This document shows, in pieces, positions 30,189 through 43,376 of a stretch of 64,000 nt of DNA; the first letter of the stretch is position 1, and every line of letters begins with the position of its first letter. The notes below the pieces were generated by a model. The model was not told where the DNA came from, ran no database searches, and worked only from the letters and a program-made list of their open reading frames with translations. The stretch lies in contig JARGFW010000001.1 in NCBI GenBank assembly GCA_029211085.1, forward strand, positions 35,485 to 99,484, in the 5' to 3' direction. Position numbers and translations under genes: made by a program. This DNA comes from Deferrisomatales bacterium (GTDB taxonomy: Bacteria > Desulfobacterota > Deferrisomatia > Deferrisomatales > JARGFW01).

Positions 30189-30791
30189 ATGAAGCGAAAT
30201 CCGTTGTGGGCGTCGATACTGGCGATTGGTTTTCTGGCAGCCCTGGCCGCAGGTGGCTGTGCCAAGAAGCAGGTAGTGTCGGAGGGGGTGGAGACTCCTC
30301 CAGCGGTCGTAGCACCGGCACCGGCACCGGCACCGCGACCCGTGCGCGAAACCCCCATCGCCCAGCCGCGAACCGAGCCTGCGCCCAGGGATACCGCGGC
30401 CGTGGAACCGGCCCCCCGCACCCCGGTGGCCGACAAGGGGCTGAGCCAGCCGACCACGGCGGGTCTGGCACGCGTGCACTTCGATTTCGACAAGTACGAC
30501 CTTACCGCCGCCGCACGCAAGATCATGTCCGGCAATGCCGACTACCTGCACTCGAACCCCGGGGTGCGGGTCCGCATCGAGGGCCACTGCGATGAGCGCG
30601 GCACCACCGAGTACAACCTGGCCCTGGGCGAGCGCCGCGCCAAGAGCGTGTTCCAGTACCTGATGGATCTAGGCGTGGACCCCAACCGCATGGGTGTGGT
30701 GAGCTACGGTGAGGAACAGCCCCTGGATCCGGGGCAAAATGAGGAGGCCTGGGCCCTGAATCGGCGCGCCGAGTTCGTCGAGATTCATTGA
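30189..30791 (+). CDS. pal: Peptidoglycan-associated lipoprotein Pal
   Basis: Lipobox AGGC; HFDFD, EGHCDERGTTEYNLALGERRA, NRRAEF. Confidence 0.95.
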   Translation: MKRNPLWASILAIGFLAALAAGGCAKKQVVSEGVETPPAVVAPAPAPAPRPVRETPIAQPRTEPAPRDTAAVEPAPRTPVADKGLSQPTTAGLARVHFDFDKYDLTAAARKIMSGNADYLHSNPGVRVRIEGHCDERGTTEYNLALGERRAKSVFQYLMDLGVDPNRMGVVSYGEEQPLDPGQNEEAWALNRRAEFVEIH

Positions 30792-31645
30792 TGCCCCACC
30801 GTTCCACGTGCCGCTTGACCGGCAGGGCCGCCCCGGCGGCCCTGCTTGCCTTCGGCCTGTTCATCACCTCCTGCACCGTGACCGAGCGGCAGGTGGCCCA
30901 GCAGGGCAGCCGCATCGATGTGCTGCAGGAACAGGTGATCCGCCTCGAGCGCGCCTTGGCGGAGGGCAGCGGCGCCGCCCTGGCCGTCACGGCGCCAGAC
31001 CCCCAGCAGGCGCGGCGACTCGCCGACCTGGGCCAGCGGGTGGAGGAACTGGCCGCCCAACTGCGCGCCGTAGAGGGCCGGTTGGACGCCGCCAGCCAGC
31101 GCGGGACCCCGGAGGCCTCCCCTCTCACCTCCGCTTCCCTGGGGAAACTGGAGCAGGAGCTGAAGGCCTTGGCGGTGCGGATGGCCGAACTGGAGTCCAG
31201 CAGCCCCCCGGCACCGGCCCCAACACCGGCGCCAGCCTCGACACCCGCGCTCCCTACCCCGGCCCCGCTCTCGAGCCAACAGCTCTACGACCAGGGCTAC
31301 GCCCTGTACAAACAGGCGCGCTACGATGACGCCCGCCAACAGCTGCGCCGCTACGCCACCGAGTACCCGGACACCAAGCTCACCGACAACGCCCTGTTCT
31401 GGATCGGCGAGAGCTACTACGACCAGGCCCAGTACGAGCAGGCGATCCTCGAGTACGACAAGGTCATCCAGAAGTTCCCCCAGGCGGACAAGGTGCCCAG
31501 CGCCCTACTCAAGCAAGCGTTCGCGTTCGATGCCATCGGCGACCCCACCGACGCCAAGATCCTGCTGCGCAAGGTGCTGCGGGAACATCCGGACTCGGAA
31601 CAGGCCGTGATCGCCCGCAAGAAGTTGGAGATCCTGGGGGACTGA
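30791..31645 (+). CDS. cpoB: Tol-Pal system protein CpoB/YbgF
   Basis: Lipobox-like ITSC, coiled coil, TPRs (NALFWIGESYY, DKVPSALLK); follows pal. Confidence 0.88.
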   Translation: MPHRSTCRLTGRAAPAALLAFGLFITSCTVTERQVAQQGSRIDVLQEQVIRLERALAEGSGAALAVTAPDPQQARRLADLGQRVEELAAQLRAVEGRLDAASQRGTPEASPLTSASLGKLEQELKALAVRMAELESSSPPAPAPTPAPASTPALPTPAPLSSQQLYDQGYALYKQARYDDARQQLRRYATEYPDTKLTDNALFWIGESYYDQAQYEQAILEYDKVIQKFPQADKVPSALLKQAFAFDAIGDPTDAKILLRKVLREHPDSEQAVIARKKLEILGD

Positions 31646-31648
31646 CCG

Positions 31649-32242
31649 ATGAACGCGCGGCGCAAGGCCCTGCTGGATGGGTTGCAGGATACCGACCCGG
31701 CGGTGCGCGGGCGCGCGGCCGAGGCCCTGGACCGGCTGGACCTGTTGGAGGGCCTACCCCAGGAACTGGCCGGCATGGCCGGATTCGACACCGCCCGGTG
31801 GGTGGAGCTGTTGCGCTCCCTGGCCGGGATTCGCGACGAAACCTACCTGAAACTAGCCCTGCGGGCCCTGGGAGAAACCGCCGAAGAAGTACGCATCGCC
31901 GCCCTGGAAGCCATCGCCGAGATCGGCGACTGGCGAGCCACCGCGGCGGTTGCCCAGCGGCTGGCCGACCCCAGCCCTGCGGTGCGCGTGCGTGCGGCGA
32001 CGACCCAGGGCATCCTCGGCGACCGCCGGGGCGCGCCGTCCCTGCTCCCCCTGCTGGACGACCCCGAGGCCGAGGTTCGGGCCCACGCCGCTACGGCCCT
32101 GGGGGACCTCGGACACACTCCGGCCGAAACCGGTCTACTGGCCCTGGCCGCCGATCCGGAGGCCGAGGTTCGCGCCGCCGCCCTGGGGGCACTGGGACGC
32201 ATCGGCCTCAGCTCCCGTGCTGGAGGACCTCCACGGGACTGA
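31649..32242 (+). CDS. HEAT-repeat protein
   Basis: Repeated D-P-x-VRxxAAxALG units. Confidence 0.8.
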   Translation: MNARRKALLDGLQDTDPAVRGRAAEALDRLDLLEGLPQELAGMAGFDTARWVELLRSLAGIRDETYLKLALRALGETAEEVRIAALEAIAEIGDWRATAAVAQRLADPSPAVRVRAATTQGILGDRRGAPSLLPLLDDPEAEVRAHAATALGDLGHTPAETGLLALAADPEAEVRAAALGALGRIGLSSRAGGPPRD

Positions 32243-33527
32243 TGCGGTGGGCCAGGGGATCCACCGGATGCAGATCGCGTCCCGATCCCAGGTGCAGAAC
32301 CGGCCCGGTGGCCGGATCCAGCTCCTCCCCAGTCGTCGTGCGCACCACCCGCACCGCCACCGCCTCGTCCTCTCCGGACACCGCCACCACCACGCCCAGT
32401 TCCCCGCTCGGCAGGCGAACCACAGCCCCCAACGGCACCGGCCCCAGAACCGCCAACAGCATATCCACCGCGGCGGGATCCAGGGTCTTGCCGCGCAGCT
32501 GTTCCAGTTGCTGCATCGCCCCGGGCAGGGACAGGGGCCGGTTGTAGCTGCGGTGACTGGTCATGGCGTCGCACACATCCGACACCGAGATCACCGAGGA
32601 CAGGGGGTGCACCCGGTAACCAGGGGCCCGCCCGGGGTACCCGCCGCCGTTGTGGTGCATGTGGTGTTCGTACACCAACAGGGTGCTGTCCGGTGGCAAC
32701 AGGGCCATTTCCTCCACCAACTCCCGGCCCTGCTCCGGGTGGCGGCACATCGCGGCCCACTCCTGGGCGGTGAGGGGGCCCGCCTTGCGCACCACTGCCG
32801 CGGGAGTCCGCGTCTTGCCGATATCATGAAACAGCCCCCCCATGCCCAGGGTCTCCAGTTCGTGCGCGCTGAGCCGCCACTGCTGGCCCACGCGCAGGGC
32901 CAGCAGGCACACATTGACGCTATGGTGGTAGGTGTAGCGGTCGTAGTCCTTGATCAGAGACAACCCCTGGATCACTTCCGGGCTTTCTTGCAGCAACGCG
33001 GAGAACTCGCGCACGCTCTCCCGACCCCTGGTCGGATCCGGGTGACGCCCCTCGGCCAGGTCTTCGTACACTTCCTGCACCGCGTCGAGCGCCTTGCGGT
33101 AGGCCTTCAGGCCCTTCTGCCACTCCTCCTTCCCCCGGGCCAGGCGGGTCAGCACCAGCCGCTCGCCCTGCCAGGGGTCGGGCCCGGCGTTGCGCAGCCA
33201 ACGGCAGAACGCGGCCACCTCTTCGGCCCGCACCCCGGGCCGCAGGGTCACCCCCTCGGCGCCGCGGGCGTCGAGCCAGGCCACCACCTCGGCCGCGCTG
33301 CCGCCGTCGCCGATGAACGGCACGTCCCCAACGACCAGGTACCCGTCCCGGCAGCCGAGCAGCAGCGACTCACCCCCGCCCAGCACCTGGTGGAGGACCT
33401 CCGCCAGGGTTTTGCGCGCCCGCGCCTCGGCGCCGTGCCCTTCGGGGTAGAGCGCCTGCACCTTGACCAGCCCCACCAGGGCCTGCAGCAGGCGCTCCGC
33501 AACGGTGCGGGATACGGGTTCGCTCAC
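32208..33527 (-). CDS. HD-GYP domain cyclic-dinucleotide phosphodiesterase
   Basis: YTYHHSVNV, FHDIGK, HPEQG, EHHMHHNGGGYP, DVCDAMTSHRSY; GTG start overlaps upstream stop. Confidence 0.88.
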   Translation of the reverse strand: MSEPVSRTVAERLLQALVGLVKVQALYPEGHGAEARARKTLAEVLHQVLGGGESLLLGCRDGYLVVGDVPFIGDGGSAAEVVAWLDARGAEGVTLRPGVRAEEVAAFCRWLRNAGPDPWQGERLVLTRLARGKEEWQKGLKAYRKALDAVQEVYEDLAEGRHPDPTRGRESVREFSALLQESPEVIQGLSLIKDYDRYTYHHSVNVCLLALRVGQQWRLSAHELETLGMGGLFHDIGKTRTPAAVVRKAGPLTAQEWAAMCRHPEQGRELVEEMALLPPDSTLLVYEHHMHHNGGGYPGRAPGYRVHPLSSVISVSDVCDAMTSHRSYNRPLSLPGAMQQLEQLRGKTLDPAAVDMLLAVLGPVPLGAVVRLPSGELGVVVAVSGEDEAVAVRVVRTTTGEELDPATGPVLHLGSGRDLHPVDPLAHRISPVEVLQHGS

Positions 33528-35197
33528 GACCCACCCCCGGTGCGGCGCACGAGAGCAGCGAGGGAGCGCTCCGCGGCGACCCGCAGCTCGGGTTCGCCGC
33601 GGCGGACGCAGCGCTCCAGGACCGCGCTCGCCGCGGCACTCCCCACCTTCCCCAGGGCCTGAGCCGCGGCCACCCGCACCCTCCGCCAGCGCTCTCGGGA
33701 GAACCAGTGCCGGCGCTGTAGCTCCCGGAGCAGGCGCCCCTCCGCCCCTTCCAAGCCCATGCGCGCCACCGCGTGCAGGGCCACCACCTTGAGCTCCCAG
33801 TGGGCACGGTTGATCGGTACCCGTTGATACGCGCGCCACACACCGTCGAGCACCCGCGGGGAACCGTGGGCGGCGCTGGCGGAAACCGCCATCTGCAGCA
33901 CCCCGGGATCGCGATCCTCCAGGAGGACCAGCAGCGGCTCCTCCACACGAGCTGTCCGCGAGCGCCCCAAGGCCCGGGCCACCTCCTTGCGGATCCGGGA
34001 ATCCGGATCACCGGTGAGCCGCAGCAGCGCCTTCACCGCCTCCGCGGAGCCGACCCCGCCGAGAACGGTGACCATGTTGCGCACCACGAACCAGCGCTGG
34101 TCGTCCAGCATCCGGATCGCCCACGGCACCGCCGGAGTGCCGATGGAGACCAGTACGTTCACCAGCCGCCGCCGAGTCACCCGGCTGTTCGCCCCGCAGA
34201 GGGCGTTGATCACCGGCACCACGGCACCCTTGCCCAGTGCCCGCAGGATGAACTCGCCCACCTCTGACTCTTCCTCGCCCTGGGCTGACGCCACATGCTG
34301 GATCAACCAACCGAGAAACTCGCCCTTCACCAACAGGCGGAGGGTGTCCAATAGGTAGTCGCGCTTGCCGTCCTCCCCCAAGGCCTCCATGTTCTGGGCC
34401 TCCCGGTACAGAAACAGCACCACGTAAAACGCCTCCCGGTATCGCTCCACCTCCAGGTAGCTTTCGACGAAGGCGGTGATCTCCCGCAGGACCGCCAGAA
34501 AGGCATGGATGTCTTCGCAACGCCCCAACCTCAACAACTGGTCTATCAGGATCTGCTCCCGGGGACTGCGCTGCTGCAGGGAGCGCAACCGCCCGAGCAA
34601 GAAACTATCCGTGCCCGCTAGACCCTCGGCAGACTCCTCGACCCCCTGGCCCCACTGCTCGCGGCGCTCCTTGCGCCGTTTGCCCCCGCCCCCCACCCTG
34701 CCGCTGCCGTCTCCGGCCGCCACCGTCAGGGCTTCCAGGGCCAGGGCTTTGGCGAACGGCTCGCGCTGCCAGGCGCCGCGGATGCCGCCCCGGCTCGCCA
34801 CCACATCCGGCGCCGTGGCCAGGGTGGAGATCAGCCAGGTGAACCCGTCCTCGGACAGGGTTCCGGTGCGCCGCAGGCCGATCAGTCCGTGACCGGACAG
34901 CACCCGCACCAGGCTGGCCACCGACGGGTTTGCGGCACCCAGCCGGGTCTCCCCGAACCACAAGCCGCCGGAGCGCAGGTGAAGCCCCGGTTGCTCCCAG
35001 CGGAAATCCTCCTCCACACGCCGCCACACCTCATAGCCGGCGGCCAAGGCCTCGCCCAGGATGGGGTGGTTGGGGGGGTAGAACTGGCAAGCGGAGACCG
35101 AGCGGTACATCGCCGCCAAGGCCTCCTCGATGCGGTGGTCATCCAGGATGACGGCGTTGTGTCCCGTGCCGGGCGCCGTCGTCAATGTATTAGCCAT
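33524..35197 (-). CDS. HEAT-repeat protein with N-terminal YPxxHP domain
   Basis: DQRWFVVRN, DPDSRIRKEVARALG repeats; FYPPNHP at N-terminus. Confidence 0.82.
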   Translation of the reverse strand: MANTLTTAPGTGHNAVILDDHRIEEALAAMYRSVSACQFYPPNHPILGEALAAGYEVWRRVEEDFRWEQPGLHLRSGGLWFGETRLGAANPSVASLVRVLSGHGLIGLRRTGTLSEDGFTWLISTLATAPDVVASRGGIRGAWQREPFAKALALEALTVAAGDGSGRVGGGGKRRKERREQWGQGVEESAEGLAGTDSFLLGRLRSLQQRSPREQILIDQLLRLGRCEDIHAFLAVLREITAFVESYLEVERYREAFYVVLFLYREAQNMEALGEDGKRDYLLDTLRLLVKGEFLGWLIQHVASAQGEEESEVGEFILRALGKGAVVPVINALCGANSRVTRRRLVNVLVSIGTPAVPWAIRMLDDQRWFVVRNMVTVLGGVGSAEAVKALLRLTGDPDSRIRKEVARALGRSRTARVEEPLLVLLEDRDPGVLQMAVSASAAHGSPRVLDGVWRAYQRVPINRAHWELKVVALHAVARMGLEGAEGRLLRELQRRHWFSRERWRRVRVAAAQALGKVGSAAASAVLERCVRRGEPELRVAAERSLAALVRRTGGGS

Positions 35198-35285
35198 TCT
35201 TGTTCGCCGTTTCCGCTGTGTGCTAAAGTAGTTTTCTCGCTCCCCGTCCGCCACGGTAGCCCTCCCACCCCAGCGTGAGAAGAAG

Positions 35286-37579
<2,294 letters not shown>

Positions 37580-37583
<4 letters not shown>

Positions 37584-38569
37584 ACGAGCCCGGCCTGCAT
37601 GACCGCTTCTTGCGGCGCATTAACTATCTGCGCCTTTCGATTACCGACCGCTGCAACCTGCGCTGTAGCTACTGCATGCCCGCGGAGGGGGTGAGCGCCC
37701 TGGACCACGGCGACATCCTCAGCTACGAGGAACTGTTGCGGGTGGCCCGGGTGGCGGTGAGCCTGGGCATCGAGAAGATCCGCATCACCGGCGGTGAACC
37801 CCTGGTGCGCCGAGGAGTGGTCGGATTCGTAGCCCGAGTGGGGGCGTTGCCCGGGTTGCGGGACTTCTCCCTGACCACCAACGGCCTCCTGCTGGCCGAC
37901 GCGGCCGCCAGCCTGCGCCAGGCCGGCCTGCGCCGGGTGAACGTGAGCCTCGACACCCTGCGCCCCGAGGTGTTCGAACGCATCACCCGCCGCCCTGGGC
38001 TGGAGCGGGTGCTCGCCGGGCTGGCCGAGGCGCGCCGGGTGGGCCTGGCGCCGATCAAGGTAAACGTGGTGGCACTGCGGGGGGTCAACGACGGGGAGAT
38101 CCTGGACTTCGCGGCGTTCGCCCAGCAGGAGGCCTGCGAGGTGCGCTTCATCGAGTTCATGCCCTCGACTGCCGACGCCTGGGACGGTGGCCAGATGCTC
38201 ACCTCTGCCGAGGTGTTGGCGGTCCTCGGGTCGCGCTACGACCTGCAGCCCACCACCAACGGCTCTGCCGCAGGACCGAGCCGCACCTTCCGGTTGCCCG
38301 GAGGCGGCCTGGTGGGGGTGATCAGCCCCCTGAGCGACCACTTCTGTGGCAGCTGCAACCGCCTACGCCTGACCGCCGAGGGCAAACTGCGCAGTTGCCT
38401 GTTCAGCCAGGAGGAGACCGATCTACGCCCCTTGCTGCGCGGCGCGGCCGCCGCCGGGGCTCTGGCCGCGGCGCTCCGCGACGCCGTACACAGCAAGCCC
38501 GAACGCCACACCGTCGGCGAGGCCGGTCAGCACAAATGCGGGTTGTCCATGAGCCGGGTGGGGGGCTGA
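37580..38569 (+). CDS. moaA: GTP 3',8-cyclase MoaA
   Basis: LRLSITDRCNLRCSYC, FCGSCNRLRL...C, terminal GG. Confidence 0.95.
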
Positions 38570-38616
38570 GGCCGCAACCCCGTCCGAACACCGTGGGGGG
38601 CGTTGGTTGGACCGTT

Positions 38617-38638
38617 CGGAACCGGAAACGCGGTTCCG
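38617..38638. terminator. Hairpin between convergent moaA and M23 genes
   Basis: CGGAACCG-gaaacg-CGGTTCCG; no T tract. Confidence 0.35.
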
Positions 38639-38649
38639 GGGCCCGCGGG

Positions 38650-39645
38650 CTACTTCCTGGCCACGGCGGTGCCGGGCTGGGTGCGGTCCAGCAGGTAGTT
38701 GCGGGGGTTCACGTACTGGCCGTCCACCTTCACGGCGTAGTGCAGGTGAGGTCCGGTGGAGCGCGAGCCGGTGCTTCCCATGAGACCCACCGGCTCGCCG
38801 CGGCTCAACCGCTCTCCGCTGCGCACCAACACCTTTTCCAGGTGCCCGTAGATGGTGCGGATGCCGTTGCCGTGGTCGATGCTCAGCCCCTGGCCCAGGG
38901 CGCTGTCGTCGAACACCTGGTCCACCCGGCCGTTGGCGGCGGCCACCACCGGGGTGCCCTTGCGCCCGGCCATGTCCAGGCCATTGTGGAACTCACGCGC
39001 ACCGGTGAACGGACTGGCCCGCCAGCCGAACGCCGAACTGACCCAGTGCTCCCCATCCACCGGAGAGATCGCCGGGATCGCGTCCCAGCCCTCCTTCTGC
39101 TTCTCCACGTATACCGCCAGGTCCGCCAGGTCCGCCGCCAGGGAGCGAGACGCCGCGACCAGGCCCAGATCCGAGGGGAGTCCGGAGGGCTCCTCCGCTT
39201 CGGCGCTCCGCGCCCCAGGTGACACTGCCTCCAACCCCTCGTCCCCCAGGCTGCCCTTGCCCCCCGCGATATCCTCCCCCGGCGGGACCGGGGGCAGCTC
39301 CTCCCGGGGCGAGGCCTCCAGGCCCAGCCAGGAGCGGATCTTGGCTTCCTCGGTACGCACCTGGACCAAGCTGTCCCGCGCCTGCTCCATCTCGGCCTGG
39401 GCCTCGTCCAACTGCCGCGCCAGTTGGTTGCGCTCGCTCTCCACCGCCCTCTGGCGGGTATACAGGGCTGCGCTCTCACGCTGCAGCCGCTGGGCCACCG
39501 CGCCCAGGACCACTGTCCCCAGCAGTGCGGCCAGAACCGCGCCGGCGCCGATCTGCAGCCAGCGCAAGCGCACGGTCAAGCGGTTCAGCCCTGTACCTTC
39601 CGCGTCTTGCCAGGTCACCGTTAGGGTGCGTCGTTCCTGCGGCAT
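38650..39645 (-). CDS. M23-family metallopeptidase
   Basis: TM plus coiled coil; HNGLD and STGPHLHY. Confidence 0.9.
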   Translation of the reverse strand: MPQERRTLTVTWQDAEGTGLNRLTVRLRWLQIGAGAVLAALLGTVVLGAVAQRLQRESAALYTRQRAVESERNQLARQLDEAQAEMEQARDSLVQVRTEEAKIRSWLGLEASPREELPPVPPGEDIAGGKGSLGDEGLEAVSPGARSAEAEEPSGLPSDLGLVAASRSLAADLADLAVYVEKQKEGWDAIPAISPVDGEHWVSSAFGWRASPFTGAREFHNGLDMAGRKGTPVVAAANGRVDQVFDDSALGQGLSIDHGNGIRTIYGHLEKVLVRSGERLSRGEPVGLMGSTGSRSTGPHLHYAVKVDGQYVNPRNYLLDRTQPGTAVARK

Positions 39646-39724
39646 ATTTCCCGATCCTCGGTTCCGTGTTGTCTCCGCTCGTTAAAAAATCCCGCATCCC
39701 TTTATCACAGATGCGGTGGCCCCT

Positions 39725-40477
39725 TCAATTTTGCCCTGTCCACGCGGGAGTGCGTGCCAGGGCCAGCACCCGCACCTCCGCCGCCCCGGCGGTTCGGCAC
39801 GCTCCCGCGCACGCCCGCGCAGTGGCGGTGGTGGTGATTACGTCATCGATCAACAGCACCTCCCCGGTCAACTCCTGTGCCGGAGCGTACGCCCGGGCTG
39901 CCGCGGTGCGGCGGCTGCGGGCGTCCAGGGTCACGAGATCCGGGGTGCGGACCCGCTTGCTCAGGGCCCGCGGATGCCACGGTACTTCCGCGCTGCGGGC
40001 CACCGCCCGGGCCAGCAGCGCGGCCAGGTCGCACCCCCTGCGCCGCAGGGTTTCCGGGTGGGTCGGCACCGGCACTACGGCGGTGAACCGGTACCCGGCG
40101 TAGTGGCGCCGCCAGGCGTCCCTGGCCAAGTCCTCAAGGGTCCGGCGCAGGGTGAGCTGCCCAGTGTACTTGAACCGCTGTACAGCCGCTGCCAGGGGCC
40201 CGCCGTAGACACCCCAGGCCCGCGCCTGGGCAAACGGCGGCGGGTCGCGGCGGCAACGGGGGCAGGGGTGGGACGGCCCGCTACCGGCAAAGGGCACTCC
40301 GCACCGCGTGCACCAGGGTTCCTCCAGGGGCGTGAGGCCGGCGCCGCAGGCCATGCAGAACGGCTGGCCGGGGCGGGGGGCGCACTCCCGGCACAGGGGA
40401 CACAGGGGGGGAAGGAACAGGTGCAGCAGGCCGCGGGCGGCAACCCGCCACGGCCCGGGGCCTGGGGACCGGCTCAC
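39725..40477 (-). CDS. comF: ComF-family amidophosphoribosyltransferase-like protein
   Basis: Four CxxC pairs; VPVPTH; LLIDDVITT. Confidence 0.85.
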   Translation of the reverse strand: MSRSPGPGPWRVAARGLLHLFLPPLCPLCRECAPRPGQPFCMACGAGLTPLEEPWCTRCGVPFAGSGPSHPCPRCRRDPPPFAQARAWGVYGGPLAAAVQRFKYTGQLTLRRTLEDLARDAWRRHYAGYRFTAVVPVPTHPETLRRRGCDLAALLARAVARSAEVPWHPRALSKRVRTPDLVTLDARSRRTAAARAYAPAQELTGEVLLIDDVITTTATARACAGACRTAGAAEVRVLALARTPAWTGQN

Positions 40478-42021
40478 CCAACCCGCAGACTCGCGCCGGT
40501 CATCTCTGCCGGCACGGCAAGGCCCATGAGTTGCAACAGGGTGGGGGCCACGTCGGCGAGGATGCCGTCGTCGCGCAGGCGCACTCCCGTCGCCTGGTCG
40601 TCCACCAACAGCAGCGGTACCCGGTTGAGGGTGTGGGCGGTATGCGCCTGACCGTTGTGTGTCGCAAACATCTCTTCGGCGTTGCCGTGATCGGCGGTGA
40701 TCAGCGCCGCGTAGCCGTGCCCCCGCAGGGCCCCCACCACCGCGCCCACACACTGGTCTACCGCTTCCACCGCCCGCACGGCGGCGTCCATCACCCCGGT
40801 GTGCCCCACCATGTCGAGATTGGCGAAGTTCGCTACGATCAGGTCCGGGTGGCCGGTGCCGATCTCCTCGATCAGCCGGTCGCGCACCGCGAACGCGCTC
40901 ATCTCCGGCTGCAGGTCGTAGGTCGCCACCTCCCGGGGGCTGGGGATCAGCACCCGCTGTTCCCCGGGGAACGGCTCCTCCTGGCCGCCGTTGAAGAAGA
41001 ATGTGACGTGGGCATACTTCTCGGTCTCGGCGATGCGCAACTGGCGCAACCCGGCGTCCGCAACCACCTGGCCGAGGAGATTGTGCAACCGCTGGGGGGG
41101 AAAAGCGATCGGCAGGCGGAAGGTCTCGTCGTACTCGGTGAACGCCACGTAGGTGGCCAGACGCGGCCGGGCGCCGGTTGCGAAGGCCTCGAACCCCGGA
41201 TCGGTGAACGCCCGGGTGATCTCCCGGGCCCGGTCGGCGCGGAAGTTGAAGAACACCACGGCATCGCCGTCCCGCACCGGGCCGAGCGGGGCACCGTCGG
41301 CGTCAGCGATGACCCACGGTTCCACGAACTCGTCGCTCTGCCCCGCCGCGTACGCCGCCTCTACCGCCTGGCGCGCCGAACCCGCCCGGCGACCCTCGCG
41401 GCCCACCAGGGCGCCGTAGGCCCGCGCTACCCGGTCCCAGCGATGGTCCCTGTCCATGGCGTAGAAACGGCCGCACACGCTGGCAACCCGACCCACCCCG
41501 ATCTCCCTGGCGGCAGCCTCCAGGGCGGCCAGGTAGCCGCTGCCGCTGCGCGGCGGCGTGTCGCGGCCGTCCAGGAACGGGTGCACGAACACCCGCTCCA
41601 CTCCCTGCTCACGGGCCATCCGCAACAGGGCATAGAGGTGCTCCTGATGGCTATGCACCCCACCGTCGGAGAGCAACCCCAGCAGGTGCAGGGCACCGCC
41701 TCCGTCCCGAGCCGCGGCGCAGGCGGCCAGCAGCGCCTCGCAGCGGGCGAACGATCCGTCGGCGATGGCCTGGTTGATGCGGGTGAAATCCTGATAGACG
41801 ATGCGCCCCGAGCCCAGATTGAGGTGCCCCACCTCGGAGTTGCCCATCTGCCCCTCGGGCAGCCCCACGGCCATGCCCGAAGCCCCCAGGGTGGTGGTGG
41901 GACACCTCGCGCCCAGGGCCGTGAGGTGGGGCGTGTGGGCCTGGCGCACGGCGTTGTAGGCAAGTGCTTCCCGCTGTCCCCAGCCGTCGAGGATGATCAG
42001 CGCGGCGCGGCGCGGCGCCAT
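40474..42021 (-). CDS. gpmI: 2,3-bisphosphoglycerate-independent phosphoglycerate mutase
   Basis: [41 protein letters not shown]. Confidence 0.97.
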   Translation of the reverse strand: MAPRRAALIILDGWGQREALAYNAVRQAHTPHLTALGARCPTTTLGASGMAVGLPEGQMGNSEVGHLNLGSGRIVYQDFTRINQAIADGSFARCEALLAACAAARDGGGALHLLGLLSDGGVHSHQEHLYALLRMAREQGVERVFVHPFLDGRDTPPRSGSGYLAALEAAAREIGVGRVASVCGRFYAMDRDHRWDRVARAYGALVGREGRRAGSARQAVEAAYAAGQSDEFVEPWVIADADGAPLGPVRDGDAVVFFNFRADRAREITRAFTDPGFEAFATGARPRLATYVAFTEYDETFRLPIAFPPQRLHNLLGQVVADAGLRQLRIAETEKYAHVTFFFNGGQEEPFPGEQRVLIPSPREVATYDLQPEMSAFAVRDRLIEEIGTGHPDLIVANFANLDMVGHTGVMDAAVRAVEAVDQCVGAVVGALRGHGYAALITADHGNAEEMFATHNGQAHTAHTLNRVPLLLVDDQATGVRLRDDGILADVAPTLLQLMGLAVPAEMTGASLRVG

Positions 42022-42024
42022 GCC

Positions 42025-43335
42025 TCAGCGTTCCAGAGGCGCCACGGCCCCGACATCCAGGCCCAGGCTATCCACCGCCTCGCAGCGAGCACAGGTGGCT
42101 GCCCACTCGGGCACCCCGCGGTGGCACTGGTCACACACGAACGCCACCGGCAGTTCGGCGCGTTCCCCGTACAACGCCGCGTGAAACGCCTTGGCGGCCC
42201 CGTCAAAAGAACCTATACGGCGTTGCGCCTCCCCAGCCAACAGCCGCCCGGCGCGGGTTCCCCCCACACCCTGGCGGTCGTCTTCCAGTAGTTTCAGGGC
42301 CTCCTCGTTGCGCCCCAGCTGCACCAGCAGGCGCGCGCGCAGCAGCAGCGGGATGCCGCCCTTCTTGCCCAGCTTGCGGTACAGCTTGAGCATCTCCTCC
42401 ACCTGGCCGTCATGTTCCCGCAGCGCTTCGGCCTTGAGCAGTAGACCGGCCTGGCCGCTGACCTGGTACCCGCGGGCCCAGGCCCGCAGCGCCGCCTCGC
42501 CATCCCCCAGTGCCAGCAGGGCGTCGCCCAGGGCTGCGTGAGCCGGGGCAAACACCTCGTCCTCCCGCACCACCTGCTCCAGCAACCCCTTGGCCCGGGC
42601 CGGAGGCAGGGTCGCCGCCTGCCGGTAACGGAACAGGGAGAGCTTGCGGCGTGCGGCCACCCGCTCGCCGCGCTCGGTGACCTTGGCCAGGATGCGCCCC
42701 TGCACCCGCACCGCCTCGGCCCAGTTGCCCACCCCGGTGTACAGGTCGCGCAGGGTGCGCAGGGCGGGCAGATGCCCGGGGTCCACCTCCAGCCAACGGT
42801 TCAGGGTGGCTACCTGCCCCTCGAAGTTGTTGCGGCGGCGGTTGACATCGAGCAGCAGGGAGAGCACCTCGGAGTTGTGCGGCGCGCCCTTGAGCAGCCC
42901 CTTCAGCCGGCGCTCGGCCGCATCCACCCTGCCGTCGGCGAGTTCCATGCGCGCCGTCTCCAGAGCCACATAGGTCTCCCCCGGCGACTTGCGCTGGGCG
43001 CGCTGCAGCAGCCGCCGCGCGGCGCCGATCCTGCCCAGGGCCGCCCGGCTGCGCCCCTCCACCACCATCTGTCGGGCCTCATCCTTGCGCTGGCTGCGGC
43101 GCGCGAAGCGCCAGAAAGCGAAGGAGCGCAGCGCCCCCTGGAACGCGGTGGCGAACACCGCCACTCCAAACCCGGTGAGGAAGAACAGAAACAGGATCAA
43201 CGCAAAACTGGTGCGGATGGGCGCTTTGCCAGGAATGATCTTGAACTCGGTGATTCCCGGATTCAGGGAGAACACGTAGCCGAACGCCAGCAGGGCCACG
43301 ACCAGTACCGCCACCGCGCGTAATTTCCCAGACAC
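42025..43335 (-). CDS. LapA-like TM region fused to LapB-like TPR/rubredoxin protein
   Basis: Two N-terminal TM helices, TPRs, C-terminal CDQC...CARC. Confidence 0.7.
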   Translation of the reverse strand: MSGKLRAVAVLVVALLAFGYVFSLNPGITEFKIIPGKAPIRTSFALILFLFFLTGFGVAVFATAFQGALRSFAFWRFARRSQRKDEARQMVVEGRSRAALGRIGAARRLLQRAQRKSPGETYVALETARMELADGRVDAAERRLKGLLKGAPHNSEVLSLLLDVNRRRNNFEGQVATLNRWLEVDPGHLPALRTLRDLYTGVGNWAEAVRVQGRILAKVTERGERVAARRKLSLFRYRQAATLPPARAKGLLEQVVREDEVFAPAHAALGDALLALGDGEAALRAWARGYQVSGQAGLLLKAEALREHDGQVEEMLKLYRKLGKKGGIPLLLRARLLVQLGRNEEALKLLEDDRQGVGGTRAGRLLAGEAQRRIGSFDGAAKAFHAALYGERAELPVAFVCDQCHRGVPEWAATCARCEAVDSLGLDVGAVAPLER

Positions 43336-43376
43336 GTCTCACCTCATCAGGAAGGGGGCGAACGGGTGCCCGCCGG

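Noticed and set aside
30312-30335. GCACCG tandem repeat
   Set aside because: Encodes the Ala-Pro linker of Pal
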